A stretch of 64,000 bases of DNA from an uncultured Thermoplasmata archaeon (lineage in GTDB: Archaea; Thermoplasmatota; Thermoplasmata; UBA10834): the NCBI GenBank assembly GCA_964488505.1, contig CAZAUI010000002.1:71419-135418 (forward strand), given 5' to 3'. Positions 9,361-18,725 of the stretch are shown piece by piece. The position numbers and the translations under genes were made by a program. The notes beneath the pieces are model-generated. The model worked only from the letters and a program-made list of their open reading frames with translations. It was not told where the DNA came from and made no database searches. Each line of letters opens with the position of its first letter. Positions within the stretch are counted from its first letter, which is position 1.

Positions 9361-9410
9361 GAGGCATGTCCCCGCAGCATTAAAACCATGGTCTTGTGCG
9401 GAATGTCCAA

Positions 9411-9436
9411 TTATGTACCATCTAAATTAAATATCG
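9411..9436. promoter_or_regulatory. AT-rich TATA-like element (ctaaattaaatat) in the 114-bp divergent intergenic region between 8881..9360(-) and proC(+)
   Basis: Only AT-rich stretch in an otherwise GC-rich spacer; about 40 nt upstream of the proC ATG. Confidence 0.25.
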
Positions 9437-9474
9437 GGCTCATTGTGGCCAACAGTACATACAAGGGACCCATC

Positions 9475-10305
9475 ATGAACAACAAGAGGATAGCCATAAT
9501 CGGCGGCGGGAACATGGGGATGGCCCTCGCGAAGGGCATCCTGCAGACGGACTGGGCGAAGCCTGAGCACATCATGGTAGCCGAGCCGCTCAAGGGCAGG
9601 CTCGAGCACATCAAGTCCGCGGTCCCGGGAGTCAGAGTATCCCACTCCAACCTCGAGGCTGCAGAGTCCGCTGACATCATCGTCCTTTCCGTCAAGCCGC
9701 AGATCATGCTCAAAGTGGTCGAGGAGATCAAGCCCGCCCTCAAGGATTCGAAACTCGTGATATCGGTGGCCGCAGGAGTCACCACCACTAGCATCGAGAA
9801 GAGAGTCGGTGAGAAGGTTCCGGTCGTCAGGGCAATGCCGAACATCGCGGCGGTCGTGAGAGAGGCCGCGACGGCTATATGCCCAGGCAAATACGCCACC
9901 GAAGAGCACCTGACCGCGGCTACGCACATATTCGAATCGGTCGGCATAGTCGCCGAGGTCGAGGAGTCGCTCATGGACGCGGTGACTGGACTGAGCGGAA
10001 CCGGGCCTATGTACGTCTTCCAAATCCTTGAAGGCCTGACTGACGCCGGTGTCAAAGTAGGTCTGTCGAGGGATGTCGCCTCTGTGCTGGCGGTTCAGAC
10101 CCTGATCGGTTCGTCGAAACTAATACAGGAGACGAAGGAGCACCCGGCGAAGCTGAAGGATCTTGTGACATCGCCTGGAGGGACTGCAATCAGCGCGCTC
10201 CATTCTCTTGAGAGAGGAGGTCTCAAGGCGATGCTCATTGACGCTGTAGAGGTCGCGTCCCAAAGGTCCAGCGAGCTCGGGGCCAAGAGGAAGGACTCGG
10301 AGTGA
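9475..10305 (+). CDS. proC: Pyrroline-5-carboxylate reductase
   Basis: MNNKRIAIIGGGNMGMALAKGIL Rossmann N-terminus, ...SVKPQ..., ...AMPNIAAVVREAATAI...GLSGTGPMYVF...SPGGTAISALHSLE - canonical ProC motifs. True ATG at 9475; ORF track's 9076 start is an antisense-overlap artefact. Confidence 0.85.
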   Translation: MNNKRIAIIGGGNMGMALAKGILQTDWAKPEHIMVAEPLKGRLEHIKSAVPGVRVSHSNLEAAESADIIVLSVKPQIMLKVVEEIKPALKDSKLVISVAAGVTTTSIEKRVGEKVPVVRAMPNIAAVVREAATAICPGKYATEEHLTAATHIFESVGIVAEVEESLMDAVTGLSGTGPMYVFQILEGLTDAGVKVGLSRDVASVLAVQTLIGSSKLIQETKEHPAKLKDLVTSPGGTAISALHSLERGGLKAMLIDAVEVASQRSSELGAKRKDSE

Positions 10306-10341
10306 ATATGAGACTAAGAAGCCGCTCTCTTCCCCACGTCT

Positions 10342-10608
10342 TCAATCCAGTATCTCCCAGATTCGCCTGACCACGATTATTGCGAAGACGACCGTGAACG
10401 CATAGACGAAGAGGTCAGTGCGCTCCTTCGACTTCACGGCGGTGAACGAGTCCGTGATTTCGCGGATTATGAGTACACCTATCAGGATGAGTGTGAGGAA
10501 CACCTCCAGACCGGAGTTGAACGATATGATGAGAACGAAGGTGACCCATAATCCCATTGCCAGAGCTATCTTCTCCGAGAAATGCATTGAAACCAGGTTA
10601 TCCCTCAT
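10342..10608 (-). CDS. Small hydrophobic membrane protein (88 aa, about 3 TM), hypothetical
   Basis: Lies in a locally AT-richer patch with three hydrophobic segments. No homology recognised. Confidence 0.35.
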   Translation of the reverse strand: MRDNLVSMHFSEKIALAMGLWVTFVLIISFNSGLEVFLTLILIGVLIIREITDSFTAVKSKERTDLFVYAFTVVFAIIVVRRIWEILD

Positions 10609-10680
10609 CGACGAGTCCTGATAAGGCAGTTTCTGTCAGGTACGCGGTGTCTGAATGCCGGGTGATTGAAGCACATCTCT

Positions 10681-11628
10681 TCATACCAGAGGAGCCCACC
10701 AAGTCCTGTTTGCCAGATACCAGTCAACGGTGCTTCTCAGGCCGTCCTCGAACTTGACTCTGGGAGCCCAGCCGAGGCATTTCAGTCGTTCCCAGTCGAG
10801 CGAGTATCTGAAATCGTGTCCTGGACGATCCTTGACATGGACAATCAGGCGCTCTGGCTTCCCCATATGTTGTAGTATGAGCTTCGCCACTTGAATGTTG
10901 GAAACCTCGTTTCCAGACCCGACGTTCACGATGTCGCCAGCCTTGGCCCTCTGAGTGATCAGGTCAATCGCTCTGCAATTGTCTTCGACATGGAGCCAGT
11001 CGCGCACGTTCAGGCCACTCCCGTATATGGGCAACGGCTGGTCCCTGAGAGCTTTGATCACGAGCACGGGAATCAGCTTCTCTGGATACTGGAAGGGGCC
11101 ATAGTTGTTGGACGAACGCGTCACGACCACGTCCAGCCCATACGTTTTGACGTAGGATCTTGCCAAGAGCTCTCCGCCTGCCTTGCTTGCAGAGTACGGG
11201 GACGATGGATCGAGGATGTCTACCTCCGAGAAGGAGCCGGAAGCCGATGAGCCATACACCTCGTCAGTGGAAATCTGGACATACCTCTTGACATCTTTCC
11301 GCCTAGCCTCCTCCAACAGGGTGAAAACGCCCAAGATGTCAGTCCTGACGAAATCCTCTGGGGAGACGATACTCCTATCCACGTGGCTCTCCGCAGCGAA
11401 GTTGATGACGACGTCGCAACCATCCATGGCGCTCTTAACAACGTCCTTGTGGCAGATGTCGCCCTTGATGAACGCAATCTTATCCTTGACATCCTCGAGG
11501 TTCTCAAGTCTCCCGGCATAGGTCAACTTGTCTAAGACGACCACTTGGTCGCCCGGATGCTCCGTCGCTACATGCCGAACAAAATTGCACCCGATGAACC
11601 CGGCCCCGCCCGTGACAAGGATCTTCAA
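10681..11628 (-). CDS. rfbB: dTDP-glucose 4,6-dehydratase
   Basis: KILVTGGAGFIGCNFVRH...YGSSASGSF...YSASKAG (SDR extended family, Y-x3-K). TTG start at 11626-11628 with GGAGG 9 nt upstream. The ORF-track N-terminal extension is GC artefact overlapping rfbC. Confidence 0.85.
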   Translation of the reverse strand: MKILVTGGAGFIGCNFVRHVATEHPGDQVVVLDKLTYAGRLENLEDVKDKIAFIKGDICHKDVVKSAMDGCDVVINFAAESHVDRSIVSPEDFVRTDILGVFTLLEEARRKDVKRYVQISTDEVYGSSASGSFSEVDILDPSSPYSASKAGGELLARSYVKTYGLDVVVTRSSNNYGPFQYPEKLIPVLVIKALRDQPLPIYGSGLNVRDWLHVEDNCRAIDLITQRAKAGDIVNVGSGNEVSNIQVAKLILQHMGKPERLIVHVKDRPGHDFRYSLDWERLKCLGWAPRVKFEDGLRSTVDWYLANRTWWAPLV

Positions 11629-11635
11629 GGATGGT

Positions 11636-12124
11636 TCAGCCTCCTCTAGTGGGCTTCCCTTCCCTGCGCCACTGGAAGCCAATCTCGGGGTCGTCCCATG
11701 GCATCCTGTACTCATCAGGCTGCTTGTAGTTGAAGAGGTTGGTGGGGGTGTTGACGACCCATATCTCGCTCTCGTCCAGGGGCGTGAAACCGTGGTACAC
11801 TCCCGGAGGTATCTTGACCATCTTCGGCTCCTTCTCCCAGACCTCGACCTCCTGCAGCACCCCCCTCGTGGGTGACCCGTCCCTGGCGTCGTACAGGCCC
11901 ACGAGCGCGTTGCCCCTGACCGGGACGAACATGTCGTGCTGAAGCTTGTGGAAGTGCCAGGCCTTGACGACGCCGGGCTCACAGGTCGTGATGTACACCT
12001 GACCAAACTTCTCGAACTCCGGCCAGTCGGATCTCAGTATCTCCATGAGCCATCCGCGGTCGTCGTGGATCCTGCGTAGGCTCCGTACGCCCACGCCCTC
12101 TATCGTTCCTGTTCTAGCGGTCAT
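11636..12124 (-). CDS. rfbC: dTDP-4-dehydrorhamnose 3,5-epimerase
   Basis: ...RGWLMEIL...FGQVYITTCEPGVVKAWHFH...FVPVRGNALVGLYD... cupin-fold RmlC motifs. ATG at 12122-12124 chosen because a TATA-like element sits about 28 nt upstream; an alternative ATG lies at 12166. Confidence 0.8.
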   Translation of the reverse strand: MTARTGTIEGVGVRSLRRIHDDRGWLMEILRSDWPEFEKFGQVYITTCEPGVVKAWHFHKLQHDMFVPVRGNALVGLYDARDGSPTRGVLQEVEVWEKEPKMVKIPPGVYHGFTPLDESEIWVVNTPTNLFNYKQPDEYRMPWDDPEIGFQWRREGKPTRGG

Positions 12125-12145
12125 GACGGGACAGTCATGGGCGAG

Positions 12146-12160
12146 ACAAATTATTAAGGT
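12146..12160. promoter_or_regulatory. Palindromic AT-rich TATA-like box (aaattattaagg) between divergent rfbC and rfbD
   Basis: Centred about 28 nt upstream of the rfbC ATG (leaderless spacing) and about 45 nt upstream of the rfbD TTG, which has its own AGAGGT SD. Confidence 0.3.
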
Positions 12161-12198
12161 GTCCATGCGTTCGGTCTAGTGTCCCAGAGGTAACCCGT

Positions 12199-13098
12199 TT
12201 GAAGAAGCTCCTCGTGATAGGTGCATCCGGACTCCTAGGCAGCAAGCTGATGGAACAGGCCCGCGGCAAGTATGAGACGGTCGGCACGTACAACCCGGAG
12301 GTCGACGGGAAGGACCTGTGGCGGCTCGAGCCGACGGACATCGGGTCCAAGGATGAGGTCGAGGAGTTGTTTAGGAGGGCTTCCCCGGATGTTGTCATAT
12401 TGACCGCGGCGATGACGAACGTGGACGCCTGCGAGAGGCAGCCGTTGCTTGCGAACAGGGTGAATGCCTCAGGGCCAACGTTGGTCGCGAGGGCCTGCAA
12501 TGCCACAGGGGCGAGGCTTATCCATGTGTCGACAGACTATGTCTTCGACGGCACGAAGAGGAGGAGGTACTCCGAGACGGATGTCCCCAGACCCGTATCC
12601 GTCTATGGAACCAGCAAGCTCGCGGGGGAGAAGGCCGTGCTTTCAACCCTCCCGAACGCCGTCGTAGCGAGACCGGCGGTCCTATACGGGTGGAACCCCC
12701 TAGAGGGCAAAGACAACTTCGTCACTTGGGTGCTGAAGAAGATGAGGAACGGGGAGAAGGCGCCGCTGTTCCAGGATCAGTTCATATCACCGACACTGGC
12801 AGACGACCTTGCGAGGACGTTACTGGATTTGGCACAGAAGGACGTTCACGGTATATGGCATGTCTCGGGTCCAGATTGCCTTGACAGACCTACCTGTGGC
12901 AGGATGATTGCGAAAGCTTTCGGCCTAGATGAAGCATTGGCTGTGGCAGTACCTTCGTCTTCTGTTTCACTCCCCGCGAAGAGACCTGCCTACTCTTGCC
13001 TGGACGTGTCTAAGGTTGAGGGGTTGCTCGGAAGGAACATGGTCAAGTTCGAAGATGGTCTGAGGATGATGAATGAGCAGGAGGGAGCGAAGAGATGA
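12199..13098 (+). CDS. rfbD: dTDP-4-dehydrorhamnose reductase
   Basis: KKLLVIGASGLLGSKL...DVVILTAAMTNVDACE...YVFDG...YSE...PVSVYGTSKLAGE - RmlD motifs. TTG start with SD. Confidence 0.85.
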   Translation: MKKLLVIGASGLLGSKLMEQARGKYETVGTYNPEVDGKDLWRLEPTDIGSKDEVEELFRRASPDVVILTAAMTNVDACERQPLLANRVNASGPTLVARACNATGARLIHVSTDYVFDGTKRRRYSETDVPRPVSVYGTSKLAGEKAVLSTLPNAVVARPAVLYGWNPLEGKDNFVTWVLKKMRNGEKAPLFQDQFISPTLADDLARTLLDLAQKDVHGIWHVSGPDCLDRPTCGRMIAKAFGLDEALAVAVPSSSVSLPAKRPAYSCLDVSKVEGLLGRNMVKFEDGLRMMNEQEGAKR

Positions 13099-14171
13099 AG
13101 GGACTAGTCCTTGCAGGCGGGTACGGGACGGGACTGAGGCCTCTGACCCACACTGGCCCGAAGCAACTGATACCCATAGCCAACAAGCCGAACATACAAT
13201 ACTGTATCGAGGATCTGACAGATGCCGGCATAACCGAGATTGGCATAATACTTGGCAACATGATGCCGGAGAAGGTCCAGGAGTTTCTCGGTGACGGATC
13301 CAGATTCGGTGCGAGATTCACTTACATCGTTCAGGGGAAGCCCATGGGTATCGCCCATGCTGTGAACTGCTCAAGAGAGTTCATGGGGAGCGATTCCTTC
13401 ATCGTGTATCTAGGCGATAACCTCCTCAAGTCGGGCATCCGGGAGATCCCAAAGAAGATGACCGATGAGAAAGCCGATTGCGTGATATCTCTCATGCATG
13501 TGAAAGAGCCGCAGAGGTATGGCATCGCTGAACTATCTGAAGACGGGGCAACTGTGCTGAGAACCGTGGAGAAGCCGACAGAACCGAAGTCGAACCTAGC
13601 GGTGATAGGCATCTACGCCTTCAACTCATCCTTCTTTGAGATCTACCCGAGATTGAGACCCTCGCGGAGGAACGAGATGGAGATAACGGACGCAATCTCC
13701 ATTTTGATAGACACAGGATACAGAGTCGTGCCTCATAGAGTCGAAGGATGGTGGAAGGACACTGGGCGACCTGAAGACATTCTCGAGGCGAACCACCTCA
13801 TACTGGATGGGATTGAATCGTCGAATGAAGGCACAATAGAAGAAGGATCCTCAGTAGTGGGAAGAATCAAGATTGGAAAGGGAACAGTGATATCTGGTCG
13901 GTCCGCTGTTCGCGGCCCTGTGGTGATTGGGGAGAACTGTAGGATTGGCCCCAGTGCGTATGTCGGTCCTTACACGGCTGTTGGCGACAATTGTCATGTG
14001 AAGAGTGCGGAAATCAGCGATTCCATTGTCATGGACGGGGCATTGATTGACATCGAAGACAAACTCGTTATGAGCTTGATCGGGAAGAACTCGAAGATTC
14101 TCAGTGCAAACGGACTGTTGCCGAAAGGAGATAGACTTGTTGTCGGAGAAAACACGACGGTTCACATCTAG
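13095..14171 (+). CDS. rfbA: Glucose-1-phosphate thymidylyltransferase, long archaeal form with C-terminal left-handed beta-helix
   Basis: MKGLVLAGGYGTGLRPLTHTGPKQLIPIANKPNIQYCIEDL... nucleotidyltransferase N-domain plus C-terminal hexapeptide-repeat region (IGENCRIGPSAYVGPYTAVGDNCHV). Overlaps rfbD stop by 4 nt (operon). Confidence 0.85.
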   Translation: MKGLVLAGGYGTGLRPLTHTGPKQLIPIANKPNIQYCIEDLTDAGITEIGIILGNMMPEKVQEFLGDGSRFGARFTYIVQGKPMGIAHAVNCSREFMGSDSFIVYLGDNLLKSGIREIPKKMTDEKADCVISLMHVKEPQRYGIAELSEDGATVLRTVEKPTEPKSNLAVIGIYAFNSSFFEIYPRLRPSRRNEMEITDAISILIDTGYRVVPHRVEGWWKDTGRPEDILEANHLILDGIESSNEGTIEEGSSVVGRIKIGKGTVISGRSAVRGPVVIGENCRIGPSAYVGPYTAVGDNCHVKSAEISDSIVMDGALIDIEDKLVMSLIGKNSKILSANGLLPKGDRLVVGENTTVHI

Positions 14172-14216
14172 ATGCTACAAGTCACAATTTGGTTGAAGTT
14201 AACGGAGCGTTCTCAG

Positions 14217-15716
14217 ATGCCACGCATCCGACCACGGAAGATTCTAGGGGCCATGCTAAGTCCGAGCACTAGTCTCTCCGATCGAGTACTGTCAGGCGGG
14301 TTCTGGATATCTGGACTGAAAGGAGTCCAGGCTCTTCTGAACATTATCCGCCTGCTAATCTTGGCCAGAGTCTTGTCCCCCAATGATTTTGGTGTAATGG
14401 GGATAGCACTCCTCACAATGGTTGCTCTAGAAGCTTTTTCTCAGACAGGGTTCCAAGCGGCGCTCATCCAGAAGAAGGGAAACGTGTATGAGTACCTGAA
14501 TTCCGCTTGGACGGTTCTAATCATCAGAGCAATATCCATATTCGCTGTGCTATTCTTATCAGCACCCTATGTTGGAGCCTTCTTCAACAGCGAAGACGCA
14601 GAACCCGTAATCCAAATAATCGGTATTTCTGCACTTCTAGCTGGATTCTCTAACATCGGAGTCGTTCTATTCAAGAAAAACTTGGATTTCCGTAAGGAGT
14701 CTATCTACCAATTGTCGGGGACTTTGGCAGACTTCATGGTAGCCATCTCATCTGCGTTGGTTTTTCAGAATGTATGGGCACTTGTGTTTGGCTACTTAGC
14801 CGGGAATGCTACGCGTTTCGTCCTGAGTTATGTTCTGCAACCTTTCAGGCCCAAATTCAATCTAGACCTATCGAAGATATCGGAAATGTGGGGTTTCGGA
14901 AGATGGATTGCTGGTTCGGGAATGATATTCTTTGCGATTAACCAAGGAGTCGATGCATTCATAGGAAAGCTTCTTGGGGCAGTATCCCTCGGACTGTATC
15001 AGCTAGCCTATCAGATATCAAGTCTGCCTTCAATGCTGCTAACATCCACAGTCTCTGAGGTTATGTTCCCAGCATACTCAAAGCTACAATCTGACATCGG
15101 ACGTCTTAGCGGAGCTTATTTGCGCACGCTTGAAGTGACTTCGCTTCTGGTCTTCCCGATTTCTGGATTGATACTGGTGTCCGCGCATGATTTCACCATC
15201 ATCATACTTGGCGAGAAGTGGAATGGCATAATTGAGCCCATGAAGATACTAGCGCTGTGTGGGTTACTGAGTGCGCTCGCGGGGTTGAACTCTTCAGTAT
15301 TGCAGGCCGTTCGAAGGCCTGACGTAATAACCAAACTGACTTTCGTCAAACTTGCCATAATCGTGATTCTAATATATCCAGTGACGATGGAATGGAATCT
15401 GAGTGGAGCTGCATTCGTTGTGCTACTATCTTCAATCTTAATCACCCCTAATGCTTATTACATTGTGGTTAGGAGAATCTTGGACTGTCCGGCTATTTCG
15501 CTGCTCAAGTGCATTGTGTTACCTTTGATTGGGACGGCTGTCGCAAGCATCACAACTGCTGCTTTGCTGAATTTGGATACGTCTCTATTTGTGTTAACAG
15601 CGAGCGTGACGATTGGAATCGCGACCTATGTTGGGATAACCATGCTCCTAGAGCGTGCAACTGGACTCAGGGCATGGCGCAACATTACTGAAGTGATGAG
15701 GGTCTTGTCATCATGA
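14217..15716 (+). CDS. wzx: Wzx-type oligosaccharide/polysaccharide flippase (MOP superfamily, polysaccharide-biosynthesis protein family)
   Basis: About 12-14 TM segments, N-terminal ...LLNIIRLLILARVLSPNDFGVMGIALLTMV... typical of Wzx/RfbX. ATG at 14217 with GGAG upstream. First gene of the lower-GC island. Confidence 0.75.
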   Translation: MPRIRPRKILGAMLSPSTSLSDRVLSGGFWISGLKGVQALLNIIRLLILARVLSPNDFGVMGIALLTMVALEAFSQTGFQAALIQKKGNVYEYLNSAWTVLIIRAISIFAVLFLSAPYVGAFFNSEDAEPVIQIIGISALLAGFSNIGVVLFKKNLDFRKESIYQLSGTLADFMVAISSALVFQNVWALVFGYLAGNATRFVLSYVLQPFRPKFNLDLSKISEMWGFGRWIAGSGMIFFAINQGVDAFIGKLLGAVSLGLYQLAYQISSLPSMLLTSTVSEVMFPAYSKLQSDIGRLSGAYLRTLEVTSLLVFPISGLILVSAHDFTIIILGEKWNGIIEPMKILALCGLLSALAGLNSSVLQAVRRPDVITKLTFVKLAIIVILIYPVTMEWNLSGAAFVVLLSSILITPNAYYIVVRRILDCPAISLLKCIVLPLIGTAVASITTAALLNLDTSLFVLTASVTIGIATYVGITMLLERATGLRAWRNITEVMRVLSS

Positions 15717-17038
15717 AATCAAAGACTAGGATAGACCGGAATGTGCGGCTGAAAGGGTTTGTCACTTGTACTGGATGTGGAACCTGCCAATCTATGTGCC
15801 CGTCCCACGCAATTGACATGAGAGTGGATCAACGCAAGGGAGTGTACGTTCCCATAGTCGATAACAATCGGTGCGTCGACTGTGGGACGTGTAGCGAAGT
15901 CTGTCCAGCGGTGTCAATGGATGCTAGGTCTATGAAAAGGCCAGAGTTGGGACTGACGTCTAAAGATGTCGTCCTTGGTGACTTCGAGAAGTGTTACGTC
16001 GCTCATGCCACTAACCATAATATTCGATGCGATTCTTCCTCAGGAGGACTCGTGACAGCACTTCTGATGTTAGCACTCGATGAAGGGTTGATTGACGGAG
16101 CCCTTGTGACGAGAATGAGCCCCCGCGACCCTCTAATACCAGAACCATTCATTGCCCGGACGAGGGACGAGATTCTCTCTGCGTCAAGATCGAAATACTG
16201 TCCAGTTCCAGCGAACCAAGCGATTCGCGCACTGAAAGAGAACGAAGGCAGGTTCGCTGTCGTTGGGTTGCCTTGCCATCTGCACGGGATAAGAGAAGCC
16301 GAGAAAACGAGCGGGATTCTGAAGCGGAGAATTACCCTACATCTTGGCCTGTTTTGTTCCCACAGTCTGAGTTTTCACGCCACTAGTCACCTTCTGAAGA
16401 GAGTCGGAATTCCCCCCGAGGATGTTGCGAAGATAGACTACAGAGGGCGAGGGTGGCCCGGTGGCATGACAATTGCCAGAAAGGATGGTACCGGCCATTT
16501 CATCTCGAACCAAAGCCTTTTATGGCGTGTGATCTTCGGAAGCCACTTCTTCACTCCCACTTCCTGTCTCTGGTGCACGGATTTGACTTCTGAGCTATCT
16601 GATTTGTCGTTTGGCGACGCTTGGATACCTAGAATAATGAAGACTGAGAGTATTGGGAAATCTGTCGTGGTATCACGGACTCCGGAAGGTGAGAATCTCT
16701 TGAGGATTGCACGGGATAAGAACGTAGTTGAACTAGAACAAATCAGTCCTCATGAAGTAATCGCATCTCAGATGACTTTCTCATACTTCAAGAAGGAGAA
16801 TGTGAAGTTGAGGAAGTGGCTCGGCGAGCCGTTTCAAGTCCACCCCGAAGTGGCAATTAAAGAGAGGCTGAGCATAATAAGCGAATTAATCGCCTTGACT
16901 GCCATCCTCAACGCCAATTTAGGACATAACTACATATTCCGAAGGATTCTCCTTCGGATTCCAGTTGGGGCAATGCATTTGTATCTGTCCGTATTTGACG
17001 CAGCAATGGGACGCGCGAGAGATAGATGGTTTGGGTAA
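15713..17038 (+). CDS. Coenzyme F420 hydrogenase/dehydrogenase beta-subunit-like protein with N-terminal 2x[4Fe-4S] ferredoxin domain (polysaccharide-pyruvylation accessory protein)
   Basis: CTGCGTCQSMCP and CVDCGTCSEVCP clusters, then FrhB/FdhB-like core (...GGLVTALLMLALDEGLIDGALV...). Translationally coupled to the pyruvyl transferase downstream. Confidence 0.75.
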   Translation: MKSKTRIDRNVRLKGFVTCTGCGTCQSMCPSHAIDMRVDQRKGVYVPIVDNNRCVDCGTCSEVCPAVSMDARSMKRPELGLTSKDVVLGDFEKCYVAHATNHNIRCDSSSGGLVTALLMLALDEGLIDGALVTRMSPRDPLIPEPFIARTRDEILSASRSKYCPVPANQAIRALKENEGRFAVVGLPCHLHGIREAEKTSGILKRRITLHLGLFCSHSLSFHATSHLLKRVGIPPEDVAKIDYRGRGWPGGMTIARKDGTGHFISNQSLLWRVIFGSHFFTPTSCLWCTDLTSELSDLSFGDAWIPRIMKTESIGKSVVVSRTPEGENLLRIARDKNVVELEQISPHEVIASQMTFSYFKKENVKLRKWLGEPFQVHPEVAIKERLSIISELIALTAILNANLGHNYIFRRILLRIPVGAMHLYLSVFDAAMGRARDRWFG

Positions 17039-17042
17039 TCGT

Positions 17043-18266
17043 ATGGAGGAGATGAAGAGCGGCCTAAGTGTCCTGATTATCCATGCTCACTGGAACAATA
17101 GAGGTGATGAGGCTGCAATCAGAGCGATGATTGACTCACTTCGGTCGCGTCTCTTGATTCGAAAGATGAGAATCATGATTATCGCAGAGAGAGTCAGCGA
17201 ATTCCCCTATGATGACGTCGAGATACTGAAGGCATATCCATATGGGCTGCTGGAGATGGCAGACTGCGTGTTGACTTCAATCTCACTAGGAAAGGTCTCG
17301 ATGACCGATGGAGGGAGAGAATTTCTGGAGGCCGTTGATGATGCGGATGTGATTGTTCATGCCCCTGGAGGACCATCAATCGGGGATATCTATCGAGGGG
17401 GGTATTGGTCATACACATACCTTTATCGTCTCTTTCTCTCTAGAATTATCAAGAAGAAACCAATCTTCTTCTACGCACCATCCATGGGCCCTTTCACCTG
17501 CAAGCTAGACAACATCTTCCGCAAGCTAATCCTCGCACGTGCTGGCGCGATTGTCCTAAGAGAAGCTATATCCGCAAGCTATCTGGAGAACCAGCTGGGT
17601 TTGAAGGGAATCGTTACTTGTGACTCTGCGCTGCAGAACTCGATTTCCGAAGACTACCTTGAGAAGTACGACAACCTGGCATCGACTCTCAGTTGTGTTG
17701 ATAAGGAGCGGACGATCGGAATCACGATAACTGATTTGAGATGGCATCCTCTGCATGGCAAGAATCCCCATCTGAAGAACCGTATACAAGTGTCACTCCA
17801 GGAGACTATTGAGGCCCTTGTAAGCAGGGGATACTACATACTATTGATACCACAAGTCTTTTCGGAGCACTCGGATGTCCCATTGCTTGAACAGTACAGA
17901 GATGCAGACAAGGAGCGAATACTCATCTTGCCGGAAAACGTGGATTCCTATGGTCAACAAGCACTAATGTCCCGGCTTCACTCGGTGATTGGCATGCGAT
18001 ATCACTCGAACATATTCGCAGCGAAAGCTGGAATCCCGTTCCTGTGCATATCTTATGAACACAAGATGAAAGGATTCATGGAGAATCTCGGCCTAGTCGA
18101 CCTAACCCTAGACGTGGAGGAGATTACCAGTCAACGAATCATTGAGAAGTTCGACTATATCGAACACAACTACACTCAAATCAAGAAGCTGCTCAAGGAA
18201 CGGATTCCCGCATTACAGAAACTCTCGGGAATCACCACCGAGATTATCGCATCTCGGATTCGGTGA
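17043..18266 (+). CDS. Polysaccharide pyruvyl transferase family protein (CsaB/WcaK-like)
   Basis: ...LIIHAHWNNRGDEAAIRAMIDSL... N-terminal motif and GT-B-like length. Invariably paired with the FrhB-like gene in known loci (established knowledge). Confidence 0.7.
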   Translation: MEEMKSGLSVLIIHAHWNNRGDEAAIRAMIDSLRSRLLIRKMRIMIIAERVSEFPYDDVEILKAYPYGLLEMADCVLTSISLGKVSMTDGGREFLEAVDDADVIVHAPGGPSIGDIYRGGYWSYTYLYRLFLSRIIKKKPIFFYAPSMGPFTCKLDNIFRKLILARAGAIVLREAISASYLENQLGLKGIVTCDSALQNSISEDYLEKYDNLASTLSCVDKERTIGITITDLRWHPLHGKNPHLKNRIQVSLQETIEALVSRGYYILLIPQVFSEHSDVPLLEQYRDADKERILILPENVDSYGQQALMSRLHSVIGMRYHSNIFAAKAGIPFLCISYEHKMKGFMENLGLVDLTLDVEEITSQRIIEKFDYIEHNYTQIKKLLKERIPALQKLSGITTEIIASRIR

Positions 18267-18725
18267 ACAAGAAGCATTTGAGGATTGTGCACATTATTAC
18301 CGAAGATTAACCGTGTCCATCTTGAGTCAGAACTTGTGTCCTTCCACAGACTCATCTAGGGTTGCAGCGTCTCGGACGCTCGAGACCCTCGAGTCATACT
18401 ACCTTATTCAAAGACCATGTCTCTTCAGACGCACTCTTGCATACCTCGAGAGCAACTCGCATCAATCTGTCAATGTTTCGACTTATTCTCTCCAGGACAA
18501 TGCGACAGGGCCACAGGCTAGCAACTTCTTGGCAACACTTGCCCGAGGTTCTCAGGGGTTTCCACATGACGCTTGTTCAAACCGACCAGCGGAATTCCTG
18601 GCAACCTCGGATTCACAACAGTAATGAGACTAGATAGCCGGTCGCTTAAAGACAGTAATGTGATTGGAGAGACTGCGTTCTGCATTCATCAAAGTGAGAC
18701 CGCGGAAGCTCCTGGAATTCAGAAA

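Noticed and set aside
9076-9474. N-terminal 133-aa extension of the proC ORF
   Set aside because: Overlaps the convergent-looking 8881..9360 gene in antisense and reads Leu/His-rich; the canonical ProC N-terminus (MNNKRIAIIGGGNMG) starts at 9475.
18142-18637. 160-aa and 91-aa + ORFs in the convergent spacer after the pyruvyl-transferase gene
   Set aside because: First overlaps the 3' end of the pyruvyl transferase in another frame; Ser/Arg/Thr-rich, no motifs; region better explained as a 460-bp non-coding spacer.
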